From contig JAOZRW010000007.1 of NCBI GenBank assembly GCA_029939995.1, positions 15,329 to 79,328 on the forward strand: a stretch of DNA of 64,000 nucleotides, read 5' to 3'. Origin of the DNA: Acidimicrobiia bacterium. Lineage in GTDB: Bacteria > Actinomycetota > Acidimicrobiia > Spongiisociales > UBA5794. The translations under genes and the position numbers were made by a program. The notes under the pieces were generated by a model, which did no database searches, was not told where the DNA came from, and worked only from the letters and a program-made list of their open reading frames with translations. Numbering within the stretch: position 1 is the stretch's first letter; each line of letters starts with the position of its first letter. Shown here piece by piece: positions 27,706 through 35,716 of the stretch.

Positions 27706-29091
27706 TCAATACACCATCGACGCCGCGACGTCTTCGTTCTCGGACTCTTCACCCGGTCCGGCCTTCGCGAACTTCACGAACAGGTACACGGCCGGGATGG
27801 CGAGTAGCCCATAGAGCAGCGAGAGCCCGATGAGGCTGGTCGCCACCCACGCCGCCGGCACGGTCGGAGAGTTCGTCCCCTCCGTCAGGAGGACCTCGTA
27901 CACGACCCAGGGTTGTCGGCCCATCTCGGTGAAGATCCATCCGGTCGCGTTCCCGATGAACGCCGCGGCGATGCCGACCCAGAGCGCCAGTTTCAGGAAC
28001 CACCAGTGCTCGTCGAGCTTCCCCCGCAGGTAGAACCACACGCCGAGGGCGCCGATGAGGATCATCAGCATCCCGGATCCGACCATGAGCCGGAACCCCC
28101 AGTAGGTGACGAACAGGTTGGGGATGTAGTCGCCGGGACCGTGGTTCTCGACCATCTCGGCCTGCAGGTCGTTGATGCCCCGAACCTCGCAGTCCAGGTT
28201 GTTGCAGGACAGGAGGCTCAGCGCCCTCGGGATGACCACGTTCACGGCGTTCCTGCTGTTCTCCTTGTCTCCGACGGCGAACAACGAGAACGACGCCGGC
28301 TGCTCGGTCTCCCAGAGCGCTTCGGCGGCCGCCATCTTCATCGGCTGGACTTCGACCATGACCTGACCGAGGAAGTGGCCGGTGAGGGCGACGCCGGACG
28401 CTCCGACCAGGAGCGCCACGCTTGCGAACGCAGCGGATTTGCGCATCACTTCGAGATGGTTCTTGCGGGCCAGATGCCATGCCGAGACGCCGAGCATCAC
28501 CGCCCCGGCCGTCGCGAAGCCCACGAAGATGGTGTGCGGGAACTGAGACCACAGCATCTTGCTCGTCACGATCTCCAGGAAGTTGGCCATCTCCGCCCGG
28601 CCCGTTGCCGGGTTGATCACGTACCCGATCGGGTACTGCATCCAGGACCCGGCGACGAGGATCCAGAACGCGGACGCCATGGTTCCGAACGCGACCATCC
28701 AGAGCGTGAACACGTGCACCTTCGGACTGAGCTTCTTCCAGCCGAAGATCCAGAGCCCGAGGAACGTCGACTCGATGAAGAAAGCGAGCAGCGCCTCGAT
28801 CGCGAGCGGAGCGCCGAAGATGTCCCCGACGAAACGCGAGTACGTCGACCAGTTCATGCCGAACTGGAACTCCTGGACGATCCCGGTCACGACGCCGATG
28901 GCGAAGTTGATCAGCATCAATTTCCCCCAGAACTTCGTCATGCGGAGATACACCGGGTTCTTCGTACGCACCCAGGCGGTCTCCATGATGGCGACCATCC
29001 ACGTGATGCCGAGCGTGATCGGCACGAAGAGCCAGTGGTAGACCGTCACGATGCCGAACTGCCATCGCGCCAATAGCAACGCTGCGTCCAT
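27706..29091 (-). CDS. cydA: Cytochrome bd ubiquinol oxidase subunit I
   Basis: MDAALLLARWQFGIVTVYHWLFVPITLG... and a Q-loop region, typical of CydA. Confidence 0.95.
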   Translation of the reverse strand: MDAALLLARWQFGIVTVYHWLFVPITLGITWMVAIMETAWVRTKNPVYLRMTKFWGKLMLINFAIGVVTGIVQEFQFGMNWSTYSRFVGDIFGAPLAIEALLAFFIESTFLGLWIFGWKKLSPKVHVFTLWMVAFGTMASAFWILVAGSWMQYPIGYVINPATGRAEMANFLEIVTSKMLWSQFPHTIFVGFATAGAVMLGVSAWHLARKNHLEVMRKSAAFASVALLVGASGVALTGHFLGQVMVEVQPMKMAAAEALWETEQPASFSLFAVGDKENSRNAVNVVIPRALSLLSCNNLDCEVRGINDLQAEMVENHGPGDYIPNLFVTYWGFRLMVGSGMLMILIGALGVWFYLRGKLDEHWWFLKLALWVGIAAAFIGNATGWIFTEMGRQPWVVYEVLLTEGTNSPTVPAAWVATSLIGLSLLYGLLAIPAVYLFVKFAKAGPGEESENEDVAASMVY

Positions 29092-29242
29092 GAGTCCTCC
29101 CGGGGTGTGGCCAAGTCCTGGGCCAGTCTCGTACCGGGCCCTGAACGGTCGTAGGGCAATTCGACCCGATTCTCAGCGGGCAACCGGACGGGGAGGAGGA
29201 GATCCGGCGCGCTGCGTCGGGCAGCGGGTCCTCGGCGACGCG

Positions 29243-29271
29243 GAGGAGCGCCCGACAAGCGGGCGCTCCTC
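29243..29271 (-). terminator. Perfect 12-bp stem-loop downstream of the sigH-rshA-small ORF unit
   Basis: GAGGAGCGCCCG-acaag-CGGGCGCTCCTC, about 30 nt after the stop at 29301. There is no U-tract on the minus strand, so it would be a non-canonical terminator. Confidence 0.5.
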
Positions 29272-29300
29272 ATTTCGTCTCACGATGGAACGGTGGGAGG

Positions 29301-29498
29301 TCAGACCTCGCTCGTGACCACGCGTCCGCGAAGACGCGGGTACTTGGTCGGGGCGTGGGCGAAGCACCACTCCCTCCGGTTGTAGCGGGAGAGTTTCGTG
29401 TTGCAGCCTTCGTGGGCGCAGAGGCGCTCCGTCGAATAGGTCTTCGGAGCGCGGGACCCTCCGTCGAGCCGGCGGCCTCTGAGTACGTTGTCGTTCAT
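29301..29498 (-). CDS. Small (65 aa) basic protein with a putative C-x4-C...C-x2-H zinc-binding motif
   Basis: RLCAHEGCNTKLSRYNRREWCFAH. It starts 30 nt downstream of the anti-sigma gene on the same strand. G/C-rich third codon positions. Family not recognised. Confidence 0.55.
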   Translation of the reverse strand: MNDNVLRGRRLDGGSRAPKTYSTERLCAHEGCNTKLSRYNRREWCFAHAPTKYPRLRGRVVTSEV

Positions 29499-29528
29499 TC
29501 GTTTTCCCTCCAGTCGAGCCGGAGGAAA

Positions 29529-29780
29529 TCAGATCCCCGACTCGTCCTTTTCTCGTTCCTCTTGTATTAACGCTCGGAGGGTGTCGAAAAGTTCCGGGGG
29601 TGGGTCGGATGCGCCGCGATCGTGGATCACTCCTTTGAGCTTCGCCTCGAACTGGTAGGCGCTCATGCACTGGGAGCAGTGCCGTAGATGCATCCTGATC
29701 CGCGTCTTCTTGAGGAACGAGATCTCCTCGTCGAGATACTCGTAGATGTACTCGATCGCGTTTTCGCAGCCACTGTTCAT
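29529..29780 (-). CDS. rshA: Zinc-associated anti-sigma factor (ZAS family, RsrA/RshA-like)
   Basis: Start trimmed to ATG 29780 ([17 protein letters not shown]...). HxxxCxxC motif as [12 protein letters not shown] overlap with the sigma-factor stop. Confidence 0.85.
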   Translation of the reverse strand: MNSGCENAIEYIYEYLDEEISFLKKTRIRMHLRHCSQCMSAYQFEAKLKGVIHDRGASDPPPELFDTLRALIQEEREKDESGI

Positions 29781-30343
29781 GAGCCAGCCCGTCCTGTGAT
29801 GCCGTGTTGCTCTGCGATCTCCCACAGTTTCTTCTGGAGCGCCTTGCGCCCGCGATGGAGCCGCGACATGACGGTCCCGATCGGGATGTCCAGTGCTTCA
29901 GCGATCTCCTTGTAGGAGAGACCTTCGACGTCGGCGTAGATGACCGGGAGCCGGAACGTCTCCGGGAGCGCATCGAGCGCGTCGGTGATGTCCGTGTCGA
30001 CGAACGCATCGAGCATGTCGGCCTCTGCGCTCTGGCTCGCACCCGACACCTCACCGAGGCGCTTGTACAGGTAGAGGTCCTGCAACTCGCCGAGCTCGAT
30101 CTCCGACGGGCGGCGCTGCTGCTTCCGATAGCTGTTGATGTACGTGTTCGTGAGGATCCGGTAGAGCCACGCTTTGAGGTTCGTGCCTTCGGTGTAGGAG
30201 TGGTAGGCCCGATACGCCTTGAGGAACGTCTCCTGAACGATGTCCTCCGCGTCGGCGGGGTTCCTGGTCATCCGGAGCGCGGCCGAGTACAGCTGGGGTG
30301 CGTACTGCATCGCGTCTCTCTCGAAATCGGCCTGCTCCGCCAC
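29777..30343 (-). CDS. sigH: ECF RNA polymerase sigma factor, SigH/SigR-like
   Basis: Region 2 ([20 protein letters not shown]) and region 4 ([25 protein letters not shown]). Paired with a ZAS anti-sigma factor. Consensus autoregulatory promoter upstream. Confidence 0.9.
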   Translation of the reverse strand: MAEQADFERDAMQYAPQLYSAALRMTRNPADAEDIVQETFLKAYRAYHSYTEGTNLKAWLYRILTNTYINSYRKQQRRPSEIELGELQDLYLYKRLGEVSGASQSAEADMLDAFVDTDITDALDALPETFRLPVIYADVEGLSYKEIAEALDIPIGTVMSRLHRGRKALQKKLWEIAEQHGITGRAGS

Positions 30344-30385
30344 GGGGCTCCCTATCGGTCGAATAACATCCTACGACGGTGCGTC

Positions 30386-30411
30386 AACCAGCGAAGCCGC
30401 ACTAGGATTCC
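30386..30411 (-). promoter_or_regulatory. SigH/SigR-type promoter GGAAT-N18-GTT upstream of the sigma gene (probable autoregulation)
   Basis: The minus strand reads GGAAT cctagtgcggcttcgctg GTT. That is GGAAT at 30411-30407, 18 nt of spacer, and GTT at 30388-30386. The GTT is 43 nt (42 intervening) upstream of the ATG at 30343. Confidence 0.7.
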
Positions 30412-30420
30412 CGCTCCCCC

Positions 30421-30497
30421 GCCGGGGTAGCTCAGTCCGGTAGAGCAACGCACTCGTAATGCGTAGGTCTCGGGTTCGAATCCCGACCTCGGCTCCA
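30421..30497 (+). tRNA. tRNA-Thr (anticodon CGT), CCA encoded
   Basis: Cloverleaf folded by hand. Acceptor GCCGGGG/CCTCGGC (one G-U pair), D arm GCTC/GAGC, anticodon arm ACGCA-CTCGTAA-TGCGT, T arm TCGGG-TTCGAAT-CCCGA, discriminator T, then CCA. Confidence 0.9.
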
Positions 30498-30566
30498 GCG
30501 AACCCGCCGACCGCTCCCGCGGCCGGATCTCCGCTCTCCCCGCCCGTTCGGGGAGTACGACAGCTC

Positions 30567-31727
30567 TCAGCCGACGATGGCTTCCGCGATGGTGAGACCG
30601 ATCTCGCGATGGCCTTCCACGCTCGGATGCGGCCACCCCGCCCACATCTGGGTCGGAACGTGCATGGCGTCCAGGTCGACCCACGTCACCTCGCCGTCGA
30701 GACCGGCCTGAATCGCGCCGTGGAGCTCCCCGAGGGCGTAGCGCATCTCGTCTTCGCACTCGGGCCCGATCGGAGACCAGCCGGGGGCGAGCAGCGAGCC
30801 GTCGATCGCGAAGTAGCTCGCCCAGTACACGGAGGCGTTCGTGCGGGTCTCGATCGCATCGACGATCGCCGCCGTCCCGGCCGTGATGTCGCTTCGTCGG
30901 CTATCGAGGTTCCAACGCCGGGTCACCGCGACTTCGCATGCTTCCTTGTCCCCCGAGTCTTTGAGCGAGAACGCCGTGTCCCGGGTCAGGTCCTTCACGA
31001 CGTCGACCCAGTTGGTCGAGTTGATGCCGGCCGTCATGACCACGATGTTCCAGGTCGTCGGGGCCGCCGCCTGAGCGATAGCCTCGATCTGGCTCCCGTG
31101 TGTGGCCGAGCAGGAGTCCGAACCGCCGTTGAGGACCGCGCCGACTCCCGCTCCCGGGAACGCGACGTTCGCGTATCGCGGGGCCCACGCAACGGGAAGT
31201 TCCGCCGCGACGGCATCTCGCACGGTGCTCCCGAACGAGTACGCGGCGTCGGTACAGGTCGCATCGCCGGTGAACCACATCCGGCTGTACCCGGAAGCGA
31301 TGGAGTCGCCGGCGACGAAGATCGTCGGCGGGGAGGGCGTCACCCCGGTCCATGCCGGATACCACTCGGATTCCCAGCCGTTCACGTCGACGGCCCGGAC
31401 CTGGAGGCCGTACCGCGTGTCCGGCAGGACGGCGTCGTAGGACACGACCGGGTCCTCAACCGGCATCGCCTCGATCGCCGTGGGGGCCGCCCCGTTCCAT
31501 CGGTACTCGTAGCGTTCGATGCCGTCGTTGTCGTCGGCTTCGATCAACAGATCGGCTTCGAGCAGCACATTGTGGGAGGCCGGTTGGAGCAGTTCGACGG
31601 ACCTGATCACGGGACGCACGTCCCCGTCGGGAAGTTGCTCGCCGGGAGGAGCAACGGCGAACGCGGGAACCGCGCCGACCAGAAGGCCGACGAGCATGAG
31701 GCTCACGATTCCGGTACGTCGCGACAT
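30567..31727 (-). CDS. Secreted SGNH/GDSL-family hydrolase with an N-terminal Ig/FN3-like domain
   Basis: Signal peptide MSRRTGIVSLMLVGLLVGAVPAFA. Block I FVAGDSIASG. Remaining layout is SGNH-like. Confidence 0.7.
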   Translation of the reverse strand: MSRRTGIVSLMLVGLLVGAVPAFAVAPPGEQLPDGDVRPVIRSVELLQPASHNVLLEADLLIEADDNDGIERYEYRWNGAAPTAIEAMPVEDPVVSYDAVLPDTRYGLQVRAVDVNGWESEWYPAWTGVTPSPPTIFVAGDSIASGYSRMWFTGDATCTDAAYSFGSTVRDAVAAELPVAWAPRYANVAFPGAGVGAVLNGGSDSCSATHGSQIEAIAQAAAPTTWNIVVMTAGINSTNWVDVVKDLTRDTAFSLKDSGDKEACEVAVTRRWNLDSRRSDITAGTAAIVDAIETRTNASVYWASYFAIDGSLLAPGWSPIGPECEDEMRYALGELHGAIQAGLDGEVTWVDLDAMHVPTQMWAGWPHPSVEGHREIGLTIAEAIVG

Positions 31728-31829
31728 GGGGCCAAACCTAACCGTCGGGGGCAGTACTCATATGACGCCGCAGGTCCCGGATTGGTTCCCGGGCTGCGAA
31801 CTCTGGGCCGAAAACGCGCCTATGTACGC

Positions 31830-31850
31830 CTGCGAACCCTGGGTTCGCAG
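31830..31850. promoter_or_regulatory. Perfect 10+1+10 palindrome CTGCGAACCC-T-GGGTTCGCAG in the divergent intergenic region (candidate operator)
   Basis: Read directly from the sequence. A near-copy of the left arm plus centre (CTGCGAACTCTGGG) occurs at 31794-31807. Confidence 0.4.
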
Positions 31851-31966
31851 TGTCGTGGTCCACCTCCCGTCGGGGGTAGGATGCCGAACGGCGATGAGGC
31901 CCACCGCAACGGCTCCGTGCATCGACGGCTTCTCCCCAACGAACCGATCGATGGAAACCACCGAGC

Positions 31967-33562
31967 ATGCCGGAACACACCCCCACCCCCGTCTCGAGCG
32001 CCGGGGAACCCGTCGACGAATCGGGAGGAACCCCGGAACCCACGGGCGGCATCCTCGGTGATCGGCACACAGCGTCATCCGACGGGCCCGCCGACGCCGA
32101 AGCGTTCGCCGACCTTCACCTGGATCAGATCGTCACCGCGATCCTCGGTCGATCCGGAGACGACCTGGAACCGCTGTTCCGAACACCGCTCTCGACGGCC
32201 GACGACATCGAGCTGCGACACGAGGTGTTCCGCGATCTCCAGAGAGCCGAGGTGCTCGACGCCGTCCGGGGATTCGTCTCGGAGATGCGCTCCGTCCTGG
32301 GTCGCACCCAGGCGAGCACGGACCTCGTCGGCCGATACGCCGCTGAAGGAGCGTTCATCGAAACCGTGGAGGCGTACACGACGGCCGTCGCGTCGTTCGC
32401 CGAGATCCTCCCCCGCCTCGACATCACGTCGCGCGGCCTGTCGGCCCTTCGCGAGCACATGGCCGGCTACGTCGCCTCCGATCGGTTCCTGAACCTCGTC
32501 TCGGAGACCCGGGCCATGGCCGACGAACTCGCCGGTGTCCGATACACGATGGCCATCAACGGCCGCCGGGTCCGGGTCGGCCGCTTCCGCGGCGAACCGG
32601 ACTACGGCGCCGAGGTCGAGGAGACGTTCAGCCGGTTCAGCCGGGGAGACAGCAAGCGCTACACGAACAAGCTGAGTGCCGGGACCGACATCGGCCACGT
32701 CGAGGAACGGATCCTCGGACTCGTCGCTCGTCTCTATCCGGATACGTTCGCCGCCCTCGACGCGTACGTCGAACGGAACGGCGCCTACCTCGACGAGACG
32801 CTCGTCGCTTTCATCCGCGACGTCCGCTTCTACCTCGCGGTGCTCGCCTTCATCGAACCGATGGAGCGCGCGGGCCTCCCGTTCTGCTACCCGACCATCA
32901 CCGGGACCAGGGGCGGGGTCGACGTGAGCGAGGGCTTCGATCTGACGCTCGCAACCCGGCTCGTGTCGTCGCGAACGGAAGTCGTGACCAACGACTTCTC
33001 GCTCGACCCCGATGAGCGGATCGTCGTCATCACCGGCCCGAACCAGGGAGGGAAGACCACGTTCGCCAGGATGTTCGGGCAGATCCACCATCTCGCCGCC
33101 ATCGGGTGCCCGGTGCCGGGCAGGAACGTGTCCCTGCCCCTCGCCGACCGGATCTTCACGCACTTCGAGCGGGAGGAGCACGTGGAGAACCTGCGGGGCA
33201 AGCTCGCCGACGACCTGATCCGGGTGCGCTCGATGCTCACCAGGGCCACACCCGACACGGTGCTGATCATGAACGAGACGTTGAATTCCACGACGCTCAC
33301 CGATGCGCGGTTCCTCGGCGAGCAGCTCCTGGATCGCATCTCGCAGATCGACGCGCGGTGCGTATACGTGACCTTCGTCGACGAACTGGCATCCCTCGAC
33401 GACACCATCGTCAGCATGGTGGGCGGGATCGATACCGGGTCGGATGCGGTCCGGACTTTCAAGATCGTCCGCCGGCCGGCGGACGGGCGCGCCTACGCGA
33501 CGGCGCTCGCCGAGCGGTACGGGCTCACCTACGAGCAGCTGAAGGGGCGGATCGGATGCTGA
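31967..33562 (+). CDS. MutS-family ATPase paralogue (core/clamp-like plus ATPase domain; no mismatch-recognition domain), subunit A
   Basis: Walker A ITGPNQGGKTTFARM. MutS-like stretch NVSLPLADRIFTHF and LRGKLADDL. Walker B reads VLIMNE (Asn where MutS has Asp). 531 aa is too short for canonical MutS. Confidence 0.8.
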   Translation: MPEHTPTPVSSAGEPVDESGGTPEPTGGILGDRHTASSDGPADAEAFADLHLDQIVTAILGRSGDDLEPLFRTPLSTADDIELRHEVFRDLQRAEVLDAVRGFVSEMRSVLGRTQASTDLVGRYAAEGAFIETVEAYTTAVASFAEILPRLDITSRGLSALREHMAGYVASDRFLNLVSETRAMADELAGVRYTMAINGRRVRVGRFRGEPDYGAEVEETFSRFSRGDSKRYTNKLSAGTDIGHVEERILGLVARLYPDTFAALDAYVERNGAYLDETLVAFIRDVRFYLAVLAFIEPMERAGLPFCYPTITGTRGGVDVSEGFDLTLATRLVSSRTEVVTNDFSLDPDERIVVITGPNQGGKTTFARMFGQIHHLAAIGCPVPGRNVSLPLADRIFTHFEREEHVENLRGKLADDLIRVRSMLTRATPDTVLIMNETLNSTTLTDARFLGEQLLDRISQIDARCVYVTFVDELASLDDTIVSMVGGIDTGSDAVRTFKIVRRPADGRAYATALAERYGLTYEQLKGRIGC

Positions 33563-35049
33563 GCGCCCACCTCCTGCATCCGGACCGGGACGTCGACTTG
33601 TCCGCCCCGCTTCCGGGCAACGCTCCCGCCCTGGTGGACGACCTCGAGCTGACGACCCTGTTCGCCGCGATGGGCGACGGGGACGCGTACATCGAGCAGG
33701 TCGCGAGCCACACCGTGCTCTCGAGCTTGACCGACCTCGATCGGATCGAGTACCGCCGCGCCGTCGTCGACGACGCGCTCGCCCACGCCCCCGTCGTCCG
33801 TGAGATGTACGGCGTCGTCTCGGCTGCGATCGAACACGAGAGCAAGATCTTCCACAGCCGCCTCGCCAGGGCGCCCGAAGCCGTTCTGGGCGAGGCGCGA
33901 CGGTCGCTCCGCTGCTTCGTCGACCCGCTGAAGCGACTCCGGCAGATCGCCGACGAGCAGTCGTCCGCGTTCGCATCCGATGGATTCCGGAACTTCCTCT
34001 CCATGCTCGTAGCCGAGATCGACGAGGACTACATCGGAACGATCGAAGATCATCTGCGAGGGCTCGGACTCCGCCACGGCCCCCTGATCGGCGTCCGGTT
34101 GGGGCCGGGCAACCGGGGGATCGAGCACACCCTGCTCGCCCCGAAGACGCCGAACTGGGTCCGCTGGGCGGCCGTCGGCTCACGCCGAACGTACGGTTTC
34201 GAGATCGCCCAGCGCGACATGGCCGGCGCCGACGAGCTCGAGCGGCTCCGCTCCCGCGGCCTCGACCGGGCGGCGAACGCGGTGGCCGCAGCCGCCGAGC
34301 ACGTGCGGTCGTTCTTCGTGACCCTGCGCGCAGAACTGGCCTTCTGCGTCGGGTGCGTCAACCTCCACGATCGGCTCACGGCGAAGGGCGAACCGATCTG
34401 CTTCCCCGTGCCGACCGCGCCCGGCGAGCCGCGCCTCGCCGCTTCCGGCCTCTACGACGTCGGCCTGTCGCTGAACCTCGAGGAGCGGACGGTCGGGAAC
34501 GACGTCGATGCCGATGGGAAACGCCTGATACTGATCACCGGCGCCAACCAGGGAGGGAAGTCCACGTTCCTGAGGGCCCTCGGAAACGCGCAACTCATGA
34601 TGCAGAGCGGCATGTTCGCTCCCGCCGAATCGTTCACGGCCGATGTGCGCGTCGGCCTCTTCACGCACTTCAAGCGAGAAGAGGACGAGGCGATGGAGAG
34701 CGGCAAACTGGACGAGGAACTCGCCAGGATGGACGACATCGTCCGTTCCATGGGCGCGGAGTCGATGATCCTCCTCAACGAGTCGTTCTCATCGACGAAC
34801 GAGCGGGAGGGATCGGAGATCGCCAGACAGATCCTCCGGGCCTTCGCCGACACCGGCGTGAAAGTGGTCTTCGTCACCCATCTGTTCGATCTCGCCGACG
34901 GCCTCTACCGGTCGGACGACGGCTCGACGGTGTTGCTCCGGGCCGAGCGCGGACCGGACGGCGAGCGAACGTACCGGCTCGCCGAGGCACCGCCGCTGTC
35001 GACGAGTTTCGGAGAAGACGTCTACCGGCGGATCTTCCGGGACGATTGA
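33556..35049 (+). CDS. MutS-family ATPase paralogue, subunit B
   Basis: Start trimmed to ATG 33556 (MLSAHLLHPDRDVDL...), which overlaps the stop of subunit A by 7 nt (ATGCTGA). Walker A ITGANQGGKSTFLRAL. Walker B MILLNE. Confidence 0.8.
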   Translation: MLSAHLLHPDRDVDLSAPLPGNAPALVDDLELTTLFAAMGDGDAYIEQVASHTVLSSLTDLDRIEYRRAVVDDALAHAPVVREMYGVVSAAIEHESKIFHSRLARAPEAVLGEARRSLRCFVDPLKRLRQIADEQSSAFASDGFRNFLSMLVAEIDEDYIGTIEDHLRGLGLRHGPLIGVRLGPGNRGIEHTLLAPKTPNWVRWAAVGSRRTYGFEIAQRDMAGADELERLRSRGLDRAANAVAAAAEHVRSFFVTLRAELAFCVGCVNLHDRLTAKGEPICFPVPTAPGEPRLAASGLYDVGLSLNLEERTVGNDVDADGKRLILITGANQGGKSTFLRALGNAQLMMQSGMFAPAESFTADVRVGLFTHFKREEDEAMESGKLDEELARMDDIVRSMGAESMILLNESFSSTNEREGSEIARQILRAFADTGVKVVFVTHLFDLADGLYRSDDGSTVLLRAERGPDGERTYRLAEAPPLSTSFGEDVYRRIFRDD

Positions 35050-35056
35050 CGCTGCG

Positions 35057-35716
35057 TCAGCGTTCCGATCCGGCGTCGGCCCACCACGGGCCGAGGTGGG
35101 CGTCGATCGCATCGCGCCATGCTTCCGTCATGGCCCCGATCGGATCGACCCGGTCGGCGAAGTCGTGCCACATGAGGGGCTCGCAGAACCAGAGTCGCAC
35201 CGACGTGCGATGCAGGCCGCGGTTGACGGGCCCGAGTGTGCGTTGGGTTCCGTGGATCGCGACGGGGAGCAGCGGGGCACCCGTCATCCAGGCGAGCCAT
35301 GCAGCCCCCCGTTTCGGGTCCGTCTCGCCCCAATAGTCGACGCGTCGACCCTCCGGGAAGACACCGACGGCGCCTCCCGATCGCGCGTAGTCCACCGCTT
35401 CCTCGAGCGCCCTGACAGGGACGCCGTCGCGGTCGGTCGGGATGGCGCCGAAGAATCCGGTGACGATGTCGAACCCGAGGTGATTCCCGAAGAGCTCGTC
35501 GACGGCGATGAACCGGATCAGGCGGCCCAGCGCGTTCACGACGAGGGGCGGGTCCAGGTGCGACAGATGGTTCGATGCGACGATCAGCGGTCCGCCGTGC
35601 GGGATCTTGTCGGTTCCTGTGACGTCGAAGTCCAGCAGGCCGTTCGCAAGCGCCCGCAGGGGAACGTTGATCACACGCGCCACGGCGGCCGGCGGGAGGT
35701 ACCGGAACCTAGCCAT
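35057..35716 (-). CDS. 1-acyl-sn-glycerol-3-phosphate acyltransferase-like (PlsC family)
   Basis: Start trimmed to ATG 35716 (MARFRYLPPAAV...). Acyltransferase motifs NHLSHLDP and FPEGRR. Confidence 0.8.
   Translation of the reverse strand: MARFRYLPPAAVARVINVPLRALANGLLDFDVTGTDKIPHGGPLIVASNHLSHLDPPLVVNALGRLIRFIAVDELFGNHLGFDIVTGFFGAIPTDRDGVPVRALEEAVDYARSGGAVGVFPEGRRVDYWGETDPKRGAAWLAWMTGAPLLPVAIHGTQRTLGPVNRGLHRTSVRLWFCEPLMWHDFADRVDPIGAMTEAWRDAIDAHLGPWWADAGSER

Noticed and set aside
29092-29300. Looked for a Rex (TGTGAA...TTCACA) or CRP-like operator upstream of cydA.
   Set aside because: No such palindrome is present. The only strong symmetric element is the 12-bp hairpin, which is better explained as the terminator of the upstream sigH-rshA unit.
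30421-35050. Classical integrative genomic island or prophage at tRNA-Thr.
   Set aside because: There is no integrase, excisionase, phage gene or direct repeat of the tRNA 3' end, and composition is only slightly below the flanks. It is reported only as a possible accessory block.
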